A stretch of DNA of 64,000 nucleotides, from NCBI GenBank assembly GCA_043821985.1, contig JBDRCF010000012.1, positions 40,471 through 104,470 of the forward strand, given 5' to 3'. The stretch is from Pseudomonadota bacterium (GTDB lineage: Bacteria > Pseudomonadota > Gammaproteobacteria > Burkholderiales > Thiobacillaceae). Below, one piece after another: positions 1 to 11,944 of the stretch. Each line of letters begins with the position of its first letter. The stretch's first letter is position 1. The notes beneath the pieces were generated by a model, which saw only the letters and a list, made by a program, of their open reading frames with translations, had not been told where the DNA came from and did no database searches. The position numbers and the translations under genes are program-made.

Positions 1-306
1 TGTCGGCGTATCGATGAAGCGCGCGTGATACGACGTGCTGCCGCTTGCGACGACGTTCCCGGCCGCATCCTTGCACCACACGATCAAGGCCCCGACCTTG
101 TCGAACTGCACGGTGTAAGGGCCTGTGCATTCGCTGGATTCCGCAGGCGTGTGGCGGATGCTGTAGCGTGCTTCGTCCAGCCGGTTCATGCGGTTCGCGC
201 CGGACTCGATGTCATAGGCAAGCCGGGTCGCGGCGTCGGTGAAGCAGCCTGTCAGAAAAAGCACGGCGGCCAGCAGGCCCAACCCGCGCACCAGGCGCCG
301 GTTCAT
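1..306 (-). CDS. Hypothetical lipoprotein, 3' end beyond window
   Basis: Hand-translated from ATG 306: MNRRLVRGLGLLAAVLFLTGC-FTDAATRLAYDIES..., with a basic N-terminus and LTGC lipobox; open to position 1; missing from the ORF track because truncated. Confidence 0.7.
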   Translation of the reverse strand, partial: MNRRLVRGLGLLAAVLFLTGCFTDAATRLAYDIESGANRMNRLDEARYSIRHTPAESSECTGPYTVQFDKVGALIVWCKDAAGNVVASGSTSYHARFIDTPT

Positions 307-325
307 ACGGCATGCCCTGTCCGTA

Positions 326-1180
326 TCACGACTGTTCCGCCTGGGCCAGTTCTCGCAAGCCGTCGAGCGCTTGCTTCAGGGTGGCGCTGTCGCTCTCGCT
401 GTCGCGCGGGAACACCATATAGGCGGGCAGCTTGAACTGCGGGCTGTCCGGCACATGCCATAGCAGGCCGTCTTCAATATAGTGGCGCACCAGGCGCTGC
501 GGGAAATACCCGCTGCCGCCATACGTCAGGAGCTGCTGCACGCCCAGCCAGCCGATGTTGGCGACCAGCGTGGGCGGCGGCGCATCGGGATAGTGGTCGC
601 TGAACTGGGCATGGAATTCCGGGCCCCAGTCGATGTGGATGTAGCCTTCGTCCGGCCAGCCGCGCGCAAGGTCGTTGGTCACCAGCAGCAGCGTTTCGTC
701 GAACAGCGGTTCCACCACCAGCCCGGGGCGTGAGGTCGGCGTATACATCACGCCGATGTCCACCGTCCCTTCGATCAGGCTTTGCATGATGTCGGATTCG
801 AAACCGATTTCCAGGCGCAGCGAGACGTCCGGCGCGGCTTTGCGCATCCAGTCCACCCAGTGCGGCAGGAAGCCTTCCCACAGCGCGATGCGTCCGGACA
901 GGGTCAGCACGTCGCGAAATCCTTGCGGCAGGCCGACGTCGTGTAGGGCCTGCTCCAGGGTGCGTACCAGATGCTTGGCGTGGCGCAGGAAGCGTTTTCC
1001 CGAAGGCGTCAGTTCGGCGCCGTTGCGTCCGCGATGGAACAGGCGTGCGCCCAGCGTGGTTTCCAGCGTATGAATACGTGCGCTGACGGTTGATTGCGTG
1101 ACGTGGAGACGGCTCGCCGCAGCGACGAAGTTGCCGGTGGCGGCCACGGCCAGGAAAGTACGAGCGAGTTCGGTGTCCAT
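326..1180 (-). CDS. LysR family transcriptional regulator
   Basis: N-terminal LysR HTH (FLAVAATGNFVAAASRLHVTQSTVSARIHTLE), 284 aa, divergent from the DsrC-like gene. Confidence 0.95.
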   Translation of the reverse strand: MDTELARTFLAVAATGNFVAAASRLHVTQSTVSARIHTLETTLGARLFHRGRNGAELTPSGKRFLRHAKHLVRTLEQALHDVGLPQGFRDVLTLSGRIALWEGFLPHWVDWMRKAAPDVSLRLEIGFESDIMQSLIEGTVDIGVMYTPTSRPGLVVEPLFDETLLLVTNDLARGWPDEGYIHIDWGPEFHAQFSDHYPDAPPPTLVANIGWLGVQQLLTYGGSGYFPQRLVRHYIEDGLLWHVPDSPQFKLPAYMVFPRDSESDSATLKQALDGLRELAQAEQS

Positions 1181-1188
1181 ATTTCAAG

Positions 1189-1255
1189 TATCGGTTTTGC
1201 CGATATTAAACACCAAAATTTATCGTTGGATGGATATATAAGAGTTCTCTAAACT
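1189..1255 (+). promoter_or_regulatory. LysR-type operator/promoter of the DsrC-like-HPP operon
   Basis: Perfect dyad TATCGG-N5-CCGATA (1189-1205), then TTGGAT-N18-TAAACT; the same architecture recurs at 24728-24793. Confidence 0.65.
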
Positions 1256-1284
1256 GGGCTCGTCTCAAGAACAAGGAGCCTGCC

Positions 1285-1632
1285 ATGAACCGCCGAGCCG
1301 AACTGGCCAGTCTGTTGCCGGAACGTGACAACGAGGGATATCTGCTCGAGCCCGCCACCTGGAGCCAGGCCGTTGCTCAATTGCTGGCGGCCGAAGACGG
1401 CCTGGCGCTGACGTTCGCCCATTGGCAGGTGATCGATTTCATCCGTGCCTGGTACGGCGACACCGAAAGCGTGCCGGAAGCGCGCCGGGTGATCCAGCAC
1501 CTGGCCGAAGGCGGAAGGGATAAGCGTGCCGCCAAGCAAGCCCTGTACGACCTGTTTCCGCATGGCTATGGCCAGCAGGCATGCCGTATCGCAGGCATGC
1601 GCAAGCCGCTGAAACTGATGCTCGACGTGTGA
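1285..1632 (+). CDS. DsrC/TusE-family protein lacking the C-terminal cysteine (RspA-like)
   Basis: D-x-EGYL...W, HWQVIDFIR, LYDLFP..YGQQACRIAGMRKP; ends LKLMLDV with no terminal Cys; AGGAG RBS. Confidence 0.9.
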   Translation: MNRRAELASLLPERDNEGYLLEPATWSQAVAQLLAAEDGLALTFAHWQVIDFIRAWYGDTESVPEARRVIQHLAEGGRDKRAAKQALYDLFPHGYGQQACRIAGMRKPLKLMLDV

Positions 1633-1649
1633 GCCGGAGATCCCGAACG

Positions 1650-2450
1650 ATGAAAGCTGACTACACGTTTTCGGAACGCGCCGCTCGGAAATGGGCCGGC
1701 CTCGTACAGGGCTGGAACGCGCTGAAGATCGGTTATACGGTTTCGGAGCGCGAGCATTGGATATCGGGTGTCGGCGGACTGTTCGGTATTCTGTTGGTAT
1801 GGTGGGTCAGCAATCTCCTGGTGGGCAGTCACGTTGCCGTTTTGGTCGCAAGCTCGATGGGATCCTCAGCGGTACTGCTGTTCGCCGCCCCGCACGGCGG
1901 GATGTCGCAGCCCTGGTCGGTGTTTGGCGGTCATCTGGTGTCGGCACTGGCCGGCGTCGCCAGCCAGCAGTGGCTGGGCCACGAACCGATGCTGGCCGCG
2001 TCGATGGCTGTCGGATTGGCAATTGCCTTGATGTATCCCCTGCGCTGTCTCCATCCGCCCGGGGGGGCCACCGCCATCACGGCCGTCGTGGGGGGCGGGT
2101 CGGTCCATGCACTGGGGTACGGATTCGTCGTGATGCCGATCATGATCAATACCGTGATCATCCTGCTCGCAGCCGCGGCCTACAATTTCCCGTTTTCATG
2201 GCGGCGTTATCCGCAGGCGTGGTGGCGCATGGCGGTGGTGTCCGAACCTGCGGCGGACGCTGCCGACACAGACGAAAAATGCATGATCCCGCACAGCGAC
2301 CTGGTTTACGCATTGAGCCAGATCGATACCTTCATCGACGTCAGTGAAGAGGATCTGCAGAAAATTTATGCGCTGGCGCTGGGACATCATCAGCATGCTG
2401 CCGAAACGGCAGGGCTGACGCCCGAGCCGGCCGCCGAAGCGGCGAGGTAG
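1650..2450 (+). CDS. HPP family membrane protein
   Basis: SMGSSAVLLFAAP...SQPW, CLHPPGGATA motifs; ATG 1650 follows GGAGA. Confidence 0.9.
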   Translation: MKADYTFSERAARKWAGLVQGWNALKIGYTVSEREHWISGVGGLFGILLVWWVSNLLVGSHVAVLVASSMGSSAVLLFAAPHGGMSQPWSVFGGHLVSALAGVASQQWLGHEPMLAASMAVGLAIALMYPLRCLHPPGGATAITAVVGGGSVHALGYGFVVMPIMINTVIILLAAAAYNFPFSWRRYPQAWWRMAVVSEPAADAADTDEKCMIPHSDLVYALSQIDTFIDVSEEDLQKIYALALGHHQHAAETAGLTPEPAAEAAR

Positions 2451-2475
2451 CGCGCAGGGCCTGATCCCGCGCCTA

Positions 2476-3039
2476 CTAGCGGCCGAGGTCTTCCAGCAGG
2501 CTCGACAGATCGTCGGCGTGTTCCTCCTCCATCGCCAGGATGTCTTCCAGCATGCGGCGCGTGGTGACGTCCTTGTCGCCCAGGTAGCGGATCATCTCGC
2601 CGTAGCTCTCGATCGCGATGCGTTCGGCCACCAGGTCCTCCTTGATCATGTCGACGAGCGAGTCGCCTTCGACGTATTCGGCATGCGAGCGCATCGCCAG
2701 CCCTTCCGGATCGAAGTTGGGCTCGCCTTTCAATTGGACGATGCGTGCGGCGATCAGATCCGCATGACCTTGTTCCTCGGTGGCATGCTGCAGGAATTCC
2801 TGTGCCACCGCGTCGGCATTGATGCCGCTGGCCATGAAGAAATGCCGCTTGTAGCGCAGGATGCACACCAGTTCGGTGGCCAACGCTTCGTTAAGCAGCT
2901 TGACAACCGTGGTGCGGTCGGCCCGGTAGCCGTCGGTGACGGCGCCGTTCTCGATGTGCCTGCGGGCGCGGGCGCGCAAGGTCTTGATGTCGGTGAGGAA
3001 GGGGTGTTGGGTTGTCGATGCAGCTTTGGCTTTTGCCAT
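2476..3039 (-). CDS. Bacterioferritin/ferritin-like domain protein
   Basis: LNEALATE..C.LRY..H, EEQGHAD, EDLVAERIAI, EEEHADDL di-iron motifs; AAGGAGG RBS before ATG 3039. Confidence 0.9.
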   Translation of the reverse strand: MAKAKAASTTQHPFLTDIKTLRARARRHIENGAVTDGYRADRTTVVKLLNEALATELVCILRYKRHFFMASGINADAVAQEFLQHATEEQGHADLIAARIVQLKGEPNFDPEGLAMRSHAEYVEGDSLVDMIKEDLVAERIAIESYGEMIRYLGDKDVTTRRMLEDILAMEEEHADDLSSLLEDLGR

Positions 3040-3068
3040 GGTCGCCTCCTTGAAAATGGATTGAAAAA

Positions 3069-4000
3069 TTATCCCAGTGCGGTATCCAGCACCAGCATCA
3101 CCGCGAATCCTGCCATCAGGCCGAGCGTGGCCGGTGTCTGGTGGCCGTTGCGATGGGTCTCCGGGATGACCTCGTGGCTGACCACGAAGATCATCGCGCC
3201 TGCTGCCAGGCCAAGGCCGATGGGATAGGCCAGCATCAGCCCGCTTGCCAAGCCGATGCCGAACAGTGCGCCGACCGGCTCCATCGTCCCGCTGAGGATG
3301 GCCAGCCACACCGCCCGCATCGGGCTCAGGCCGGCGGCCTTCAGGGCCATGGCGACGGCCAGCCCCTCGGGGATGTCCTGGATGGCGATGGCGCTGGTGA
3401 GCGGCAGGCCGACGCGCAGGTCGCCCTGCGAAAACGATACGCCGATGGCCATGCCTTCCGGAAGGTTGTGCAGTGCGATGGCGAACACGAACAGCCACAA
3501 ACGGCTGACGCGCTCGCAGCCCGCGCCGCAGGGGCCGAGGTGTTCATGCTCATGCGGGATGAACTGGTCGAGACCCAGCATCAGCATCACGCCCAGCCCG
3601 AGACCTGCCACCACGGTGAGCGCCCCGAGTGCATTGCTTCCGGTGATGTGCCCGCCGGCGGCGAGACCCGCCGGATGAGCGAAAAGGAACTGGCAGCCAG
3701 CATCATGCCGGCCGCCAGCCCGAGCATGGTGTCTTCGGTGCGGCTGGAGAGTCCGCGCATGAACAGGGCGGGAAGTGCGCCGACTGCGGTGGCGGCGAAG
3801 CCGGCCCATCCGCCGAGCAGGCCTAGCCGAAGTGCGGCATCGGCCTCGCCTGTGGCCACGCGCCAGATGCTGGCCAGCAACAGCCAGGCGACGGCCGCCA
3901 GCGCCAGCCCCAGGCCCGCAGTGATATAGGGGTGGGTGTGGGCCTGGGCCAGCCAGGTCGCGTGCCAGGTCGCGGTCTGTTCAGGTTGCGCAAGATCCAT
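3069..4000 (-). pseudogene. ZIP (ZupT/GufA-like) metal transporter with a 1-nt frameshift near 3673
   Basis: N-half (…MLGLAAGMMLAASSFSLI) is in the 3587-4000 frame; C-half (HEHEH, IALHNLPEGMAIG, AIAIQDIPEG) is in the 3069-3809 frame. May be an assembly error. Confidence 0.85.
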
Positions 4001-4012
4001 GGGCCGGTCCGG

Positions 4013-4117
4013 TTAACCGATGCCGAGCGGCACGTCCTCGCCGTATTGCGCGGCCATCCGCTCGGCTGCCACTTCGTGCCGCCAGTTCCAGTAAATGCTG
4101 TACAAACTCAATGCCAT
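4013..4117 (-). CDS. Putative 34-aa small protein upstream of ZIP
   Basis: MALSLYSIYWNWRHEVAAERMAAQYGEDVPLGIG*, GGAGAG RBS 5 nt upstream; below the ORF-track cutoff. Confidence 0.5.
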   Translation of the reverse strand: MALSLYSIYWNWRHEVAAERMAAQYGEDVPLGIG

Positions 4118-4258
4118 GATCGCTCTCCTAGATGTGTCAGCATAGAAGCCATGCTCGTGATTGCTTGGTTTGTCTCGACGATGTCGATCGTGGATTCATT
4201 TGACAGCATCCCATTCCATTTGGGAAACGCAAAAAATCTAAAATTCTGATAGGCAACA

Positions 4259-4598
4259 TCAATGGCTGGCAATGGCAGACCCGGTCCTGCAACGGGCGAT
4301 TCGCCAGAAACGATGCGGATAGTCCCGCTTCGGATCCTCGGTCGGCAGCCGTTGCCACCCGCTTGCTTCGAAAAATGCGACGGCATCGGCTTGGGCCTTG
4401 GCCTTGGCCAGTACGCCATCGAACCCCTGTGCCTGCGCGGCGCTCTCCACCGCTTCGAGCAGCCGTGCGCCGACGCCACGGCGTTGATGGGATCGCGCGC
4501 TCGATGATGCCATTGAGCGCGGCAAGATCGTCCGCATGCGTCAGCCGGAGCGTGGCCGTGGTTGCGGGTGCACGCATGAATACGGCAGGCCGCGTCAT
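4259..4598 (-). pseudogene. GNAT family N-acetyltransferase, internally deleted and frameshifted
   Basis: N-terminal LRLTHADDLAALNGIIERAI is joined out of frame to motif A (HQRRGVGARLL) and motif B (AVAFFEASGW); the central part is missing. Confidence 0.7.
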
Positions 4599-4681
4599 GT
4601 CATCTCCAGGCCGACGCCCTCGATGCCGGCGCCCAGCATGGCCAAGGCCGTGAATAGGTCGTTTTGCCAGTTCTTCAGCAT
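4595..4681 (-). CDS. Putative 28-aa small protein
   Basis: MLKNWQNDLFTALAMLGAGIEGVGLEMT*, GGAGG RBS; its stop overlaps the GNAT start (ATGA). Confidence 0.5.
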   Translation of the reverse strand: MLKNWQNDLFTALAMLGAGIEGVGLEMT

Positions 4682-4700
4682 GGTTGTGTCCTCCATCTGT

Positions 4701-5006
4701 CTACAGGTATTTGATGCGGCTGTGCAGCGCCCCGATGTCCGTCGCGGCATCGCGCAGCGTGGCACCATCGTCGGCCGTGCCCGCGATCACGGCCTTGCCC
4801 GATACCGGGATGACGGTGTCGATCTGGAAGCGGCCGGCGCTGCCGCGCAGGAAACACGCTTCATCGAAATACAGGCGATCGCCTTCCGTCCCGACGGTAT
4901 CGGATTCGAGTGTGTCGAAACCGATCAGTTTGACGATGTCGCCGCGGTCACGGATATCGATGGCTTCGACGGACCGGTTTTCCGGGTTGATCAGGATGGC
5001 TTTCAT
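4701..5006 (-). CDS. Hypothetical protein (101 aa)
   Basis: Protein-like composition (MKAILINPENRSVEAID...LYFDEAC), GAGG RBS, co-oriented downstream of katG. Confidence 0.8.
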   Translation of the reverse strand: MKAILINPENRSVEAIDIRDRGDIVKLIGFDTLESDTVGTEGDRLYFDEACFLRGSAGRFQIDTVIPVSGKAVIAGTADDGATLRDAATDIGALHSRIKYL

Positions 5007-5042
5007 TTTTGGGCCTCTTCAAAATCACAGATTCAATTCGAG

Positions 5043-5066
5043 CGCCCGCCCCGCGTGGGGCGGGCG
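5043..5066. other. GC-rich hairpin downstream of katG
   Basis: CGCCCGCCCC-gcgt-GGGGCGGGCG, 10-bp stem with no clear U-tract. Confidence 0.5.
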
Positions 5067-5120
5067 TCCTGCTTGCGGGCCTTGCCGTGTTGGCGACCAG
5101 GCCCGCGTTGTTCCAGCACA

Positions 5121-7301
<2,181 letters not shown>

Positions 7302-7345
7302 CTATCGATATTCGGCTCCACTGCGGAGTGTCTGCATTTAAGGCC

Positions 7346-7394
7346 ATGAATGAATATTTGTCTCATGAATAGTTTGAAATTATTCCATTGATAA
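7346..7394 (-). promoter_or_regulatory. OxyR-like operator upstream of katG
   Basis: ATAG-N7-TTAT-N7-ATAA (7369-7394), resembling the OxyR ATAG-N7-CTAT repeat; an oxyR gene lies 2 kb away. Confidence 0.55.
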
Positions 7395-7737
7395 AAGCGA
7401 ACGGTATGGCTGGACCTAAGTCGTTGGTTTGAGAGGACTTCTATCGCTGACTCCGAGAGGGGGGTGGATGGGCCCGTGCTTCATCCGGCCCTGCATACAT
7501 TTTGTACGCCCGTTCATGCCGAGGGCCGACCCGTTGCGCAACAGTTCCGGGCGTCCGCTAGATATATCGCGTTGTGATATATTCGGGACGTTCGAATGGT
7601 TGGGCTGCTCCAGCCTGGCGTACCTACGGTGGCATGCGGACAACCGAGTTCGTGTTGAGTTTGACGCGGGACTTCATCCATCCGAATCAATCGACGTCTT
7701 CAGGACAGGTGCCAATGAAGTCCAGGAAAATCATGTG

Positions 7738-9459
7738 ATGCACGCCAAGCGGGATTATTCGGTCGACCGCCGGCTCGTGATGGTGTCCGGCGTTGCTTTG
7801 TTGATAGGCGTTGCCAGTACGTTTGCGGCCGCTGCACTGCTCGCGCTGATCCACTTCTTTACCAATCTGTTTTTTTACCAGCGCCTATCGTGGGCCGACA
7901 TCTCGCCGGCGCAGCATACGTTGGGAATGGGTGTCATCCTGGTGCCGGCGATAGGGGGGCTGCTGGTGGGATTCATGGCGCGTTACGGCAGTGAAAAGAT
8001 CCGGGGCCATGGCATTCCCGAAGCCATGGAGACCATCCTGTTCGGCAAGAGCCAGATGTCGGCGAGAGTGGCGGTACTCAAACCGCTTTCGTCGGGCATC
8101 GTCATCGGCAGCGGTGGCCCGTTTGGCGCCGAAGGGCCCATCATCATGACAGGTGGATCGTTGGGCTCGCTGGTTGCGCAGTACCTGCATCTTACCGCCG
8201 CCGAGCGTAAAACCTTGCTGGTCGCGGGCGCATGCGCCGGAATGACGGCAATCTTCGCCACGCCTGTCGCGGCGCTGCTTCTGGCCGTCGAGTTGTTGTT
8301 GTTCGAGCTGCGCCCGCGCAGCTTGTTGCCCGTGGCGCTTGCCTGTGCCGTGGCCGGCTTTCTGCGTAACCTCGTGTTCGAGCCGGGTCCGCTTTTCCCC
8401 TTGCATACTGACCCGGTTTCCACGATTGCGTTTGCCTCATGCGTTGCCGCGGGTTTGTTGTGTGGCGTATTGGCTGCGCTGCTGACGTTGGCGCTCTACA
8501 GGATCGAGGACGGTTTCCACAAGCTTCCGCTGCACTGGATGTGGTGGCCAGCCATCGGAGGTCTGATTGTAGGGGTCGGAGGCTATCTCGAACCGCGTGC
8601 ATTGGGCATGGGCTACGACGTCATAGGCGACCTGCTCAATGGCCATCTGCTTGTCACAGCCGCGATCGCGCTGCTGACGGTGAAGGCGATCATCTGGGTC
8701 GTTGCACTCGGTTCGGGGACTTCGGGAGGCGTGCTCGCGCCATTGCTGATGCTGGGAGCCGGCCTGGGCACCTTGTTGGCCCCCTATCTGCCGGGTGGTT
8801 CTCCCAGCCTGTGGGCGCTCGTGTGCATGGCGGGTGTGCTGGGCAGCACGCTTGGTGCGCCGCTCACCGCGATTGTTTTCGCCTTCGGTCTGACGCACGA
8901 CAGCGAGGCATTGCTGCCCTTGATGCTGACGACTGTCGTGGCCTATGGCCTGACCACTCTGACGATGAAACGCTCCATCATGACCGAGAAGATCGCGCGT
9001 CGAGGCCTGCACATCTTCCGAGAATATGGTGTCGATCCGCTGGAGCGCCAGCACGTGAGCGATCTGATGAACCCCGACGTCATGGCGCTCGACGGTGCGA
9101 TGAAAGTGACGGATGCCTGGTCGCGTTATTGCGACGATCATGACCCGCATCGGACCTATCCCGTGATCGGCGAAGGACGTGTACTGGGAATACTCGATTA
9201 TTCGACGCTGCGCAAACATGCATGCTCACCGGCCCGCTGCATGGATGTGCTCATTCCGTTGCAGCCCGAACATGTGCTTCTGCCGGGGGCGACCGCGCGC
9301 ACAGCTGCAGGGCGCATGGCCCAGCTCGAAACGGGATGCCTGCCTGTGGTAAAGGATCTGGCCAGCATGCATCTCATCGGTACCTTGTCGCTGCGCGACC
9401 TGCTCGGGCCTAACCGCCGCTTGATCGAAGAGGAAGCCTTACGCGAGAAAATGCGCTGA
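7738..9459 (+). CDS. ClC chloride channel/antiporter family protein with C-terminal CBS domains
   Basis: GHGIPE, GGPFGAEGP, GTSGGVLAP motifs and a CBS pair; likely start ATG 7738. Confidence 0.92.
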   Translation: MHAKRDYSVDRRLVMVSGVALLIGVASTFAAAALLALIHFFTNLFFYQRLSWADISPAQHTLGMGVILVPAIGGLLVGFMARYGSEKIRGHGIPEAMETILFGKSQMSARVAVLKPLSSGIVIGSGGPFGAEGPIIMTGGSLGSLVAQYLHLTAAERKTLLVAGACAGMTAIFATPVAALLLAVELLLFELRPRSLLPVALACAVAGFLRNLVFEPGPLFPLHTDPVSTIAFASCVAAGLLCGVLAALLTLALYRIEDGFHKLPLHWMWWPAIGGLIVGVGGYLEPRALGMGYDVIGDLLNGHLLVTAAIALLTVKAIIWVVALGSGTSGGVLAPLLMLGAGLGTLLAPYLPGGSPSLWALVCMAGVLGSTLGAPLTAIVFAFGLTHDSEALLPLMLTTVVAYGLTTLTMKRSIMTEKIARRGLHIFREYGVDPLERQHVSDLMNPDVMALDGAMKVTDAWSRYCDDHDPHRTYPVIGEGRVLGILDYSTLRKHACSPARCMDVLIPLQPEHVLLPGATARTAAGRMAQLETGCLPVVKDLASMHLIGTLSLRDLLGPNRRLIEEEALREKMR

Positions 9460-9595
9460 ACGGTCGCCGCCGGATGGCGCATTGGGGGTCGGCGTTTTCG
9501 CGGGCAAGGCACAATGGGATTTGCCGACTTCATGCGCGGTCGCTTCCGTTGTCTAATACGGCTTTCGGGATAGCCGACGGAAACGCAAAACCTCC

Positions 9596-10501
9596 ATGAC
9601 TCTTCAAGAGCTGAAATACCTGGTGGCCCTGGCCGATCACGGGCACTTCGGCCGCGCCGCCGAGGCCTGCTTCATCACCCAGTCGACGTTGTCGACGCAG
9701 ATCAAGAAGCTGGAGGATTTCCTCGGCGTGACCTTGTTCGACCGCAGTTTGAAGCGTGTCACGCCCACCCCTATCGGCCGGGAAATCCTTGCGGCTGCGC
9801 GCAATATTGTCGAAGAATCCGAACGTATCCGTGAACTTGCCAAGCACGCGCAGGATCCGATGTCGCGCACGCTTCATCTCGGTGTCATTCCCACCTTGGG
9901 ACCGTATTACCTGCCGCATGCGCTGACCCTGGTTCACAAGAAGCATCCGGGGCTGCGCCTCTTGCTGCGCGAGGAGATGACACCGCAGATCCTGGAGCAT
10001 CTGGTTGACGGCAGGCTGGATGCGGGTCTGCTGGCGCTGCCTGTGACCGACGACAGCCTGCGTGTCGAGCCGCTGTTCTACGAACCGTTTTTCGCCGCGC
10101 TGCCTGCCGGTCACGCGCTCGCCAAGCAGGATGTACTGAAGGTGTCGGACATCATGAAGGAGAAGCTGCTGTTGCTCGACGAAGGCCATTGCCTGCGCGA
10201 CCAGGCGCTCGATGTCTGCGGCACCGGCTCGCGCGGGCGCGAGGAAGTGCGCGCGACCAGCCTGGAAACCCTGCGCCAGATGGTGGCCATGGGGCTGGGA
10301 TTGACGCTGCTGCCGGCGTTGTCGGTGGATGCTGCGCCGCGTGTCAATAAAAAGGCGGTCGAAATACGTCCGTTCAAGAAACCCGCGCCCGGCCGCACCA
10401 TCGGCCTGGTGTGGCGCAAGCGTGCGCCGTTTCCCGAGACATTCGAACGCCTCGCTGCGACGCTGAAAGCGACTTTACCCACTGAAGTGGAGCCTGTCTG
10501 A
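9596..10501 (+). CDS. oxyR: Hydrogen peroxide-inducible genes activator OxyR
   Basis: LysR HTH (HFGRAAEACF) plus LLLDEGHCLRDQALDVC with both redox cysteines and RATSLETLRQMVA. Confidence 0.88.
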   Translation: MTLQELKYLVALADHGHFGRAAEACFITQSTLSTQIKKLEDFLGVTLFDRSLKRVTPTPIGREILAAARNIVEESERIRELAKHAQDPMSRTLHLGVIPTLGPYYLPHALTLVHKKHPGLRLLLREEMTPQILEHLVDGRLDAGLLALPVTDDSLRVEPLFYEPFFAALPAGHALAKQDVLKVSDIMKEKLLLLDEGHCLRDQALDVCGTGSRGREEVRATSLETLRQMVAMGLGLTLLPALSVDAAPRVNKKAVEIRPFKKPAPGRTIGLVWRKRAPFPETFERLAATLKATLPTEVEPV

Positions 10502-10503
10502 GC

Positions 10504-10866
10504 ATGTCCGATCTCAACGACCCGCGCGTCTTTTTCGCCGCCGAACGCACGCTGATGGCGTGGAACCGCACTGGCCTGACCCTGATGGCCTTCGGCTTCG
10601 TGCTCGAACGCTTCGGCCTGTTTCTGCATGTGCTGCGCCAGACCGGTCATGCGGGACGGGACCTGTCGTTCTGGATCGGCATCGCCTTCATCTGTTTGGC
10701 GTTGGTCGTGATCGGTTTTTCCATCGTGCAGTTCAGACGCGTGCTGCGCACCCTGAAGCCGATCGAAATTCCCGAGCGCTATTGCACCTGGGGCGGGATC
10801 GCGATGAACCTGTCGGTCGTGGTGCTCGGTTTCGCGCTGCTGGCGTACCTGTTTTCCGAGCTGTAG
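10504..10866 (+). CDS. DUF202/YidH family membrane protein
   Basis: DPRVFFAAERTLMAWNRTG motif, three TM segments. Confidence 0.9.
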   Translation: MSDLNDPRVFFAAERTLMAWNRTGLTLMAFGFVLERFGLFLHVLRQTGHAGRDLSFWIGIAFICLALVVIGFSIVQFRRVLRTLKPIEIPERYCTWGGIAMNLSVVVLGFALLAYLFSEL

Positions 10867-10879
10867 GTTCTGCCGTTCC

Positions 10880-11944
10880 TCAGGCCACGGCCACGCTTTT
10901 CACCTGGGCCACCACCGGTGTGCCAGGCTGAAGTCCCAGCAGCAGTGCCGATTTTCGGGTGATGCGCGCGAGCAGCACCGTGTCGTCCAGCGCCAGCCGC
11001 ACCAATACCTGTCCGGGCGCATCGTCGGCCAGCTCGATGACCCGGGCCGGCAGCAGGTTCAGGATGCTGGTCTGCTGCGGCATGGACAGCGTCAGGCTGA
11101 CGTCGCGTGCAGCGACGCGCACCCTGAGCGGCGCGCCGGGCGAACCGTGCAGGCCAGGCAATTCCAGCACGACGGGACCGCGGGCGACGTGGGTGAGCTG
11201 GAGCGCCCGGTCGTGCGCGATCACGGTGGCCTCGACGATGGTGGCTGCGATGTCGCGGTGCGCCAAGGGCAGATCGAGCCGGGTCAGGCCTTCCGTCAAG
11301 GGACCCTGGTAGACGAGGCGGCCGGCCTCGATCAGCAGCAGATGGTCGGCCAGGCGCGCGACTTCGTCGAGCGCGTGACTGACGTAGAGCAGGGGCAGTT
11401 CGAGTGCGTGATGCAGCCGTTCCAGGTAAGGCAGGATGTCGGCGCGTGCGCCTGCGTCGAGCGCGGCCATCGGTTCGTCCATCAGCAACAGTCGGGGGCA
11501 CGACAGCAGCGCGCGGCCGATCGCCACGCGCTGGCGCTGGCCGCCCGACAGTTGATGCGGCCGTAACGCGATCAGCGGCGCCAGTTCCAGCCAGTCGACC
11601 ACTTCATCCCACTGGATGGTGCGTTCCGTGGGCGGCACGCGCTTCCAGCCGTATTCCAGGTTGGCGCGTACCGACAGGTGCGGAAACAGGCTGGCCTCCT
11701 GGAAGACATAGCCGAGCGCGCGGCTATGGGTGGGAACGAAGACCGACTCGTCCTGCCAGATCTCGCCGTCGACGACGAGGCGTCCGGGCGCACGCGCGAG
11801 CCCGGCGATCAGCCGTAGCAGCGTCGTCTTGCCCGAACCGGACTGGCCGAACAGGGCGGTGACACCGTGCGACGGCACGCTGAAATCCGCATCGAGCGAA
11901 AACTCGCCGAGCGTGGCGCGGAAGCGTCCTTCGATCCGGCTCAT
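10880..11944 (-). CDS. modC: Molybdate ABC transporter ATP-binding protein
   Basis: [25 protein letters not shown]-terminal TOBE domain (AQVKSVA); start overlaps the modB stop. Confidence 0.96.
   Translation of the reverse strand: MSRIEGRFRATLGEFSLDADFSVPSHGVTALFGQSGSGKTTLLRLIAGLARAPGRLVVDGEIWQDESVFVPTHSRALGYVFQEASLFPHLSVRANLEYGWKRVPPTERTIQWDEVVDWLELAPLIALRPHQLSGGQRQRVAIGRALLSCPRLLLMDEPMAALDAGARADILPYLERLHHALELPLLYVSHALDEVARLADHLLLIEAGRLVYQGPLTEGLTRLDLPLAHRDIAATIVEATVIAHDRALQLTHVARGPVVLELPGLHGSPGAPLRVRVAARDVSLTLSMPQQTSILNLLPARVIELADDAPGQVLVRLALDDTVLLARITRKSALLLGLQPGTPVVAQVKSVAVA

Noticed and set aside
7429-7737. Fluoride riboswitch / Fluc-type role for the ClC, and the 103-aa N-terminal ORF extension
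   Set aside because: No crcB-motif consensus seen; the CLC-F signatures (GNNLI/GREGT) are absent; the extension is not protein-like.
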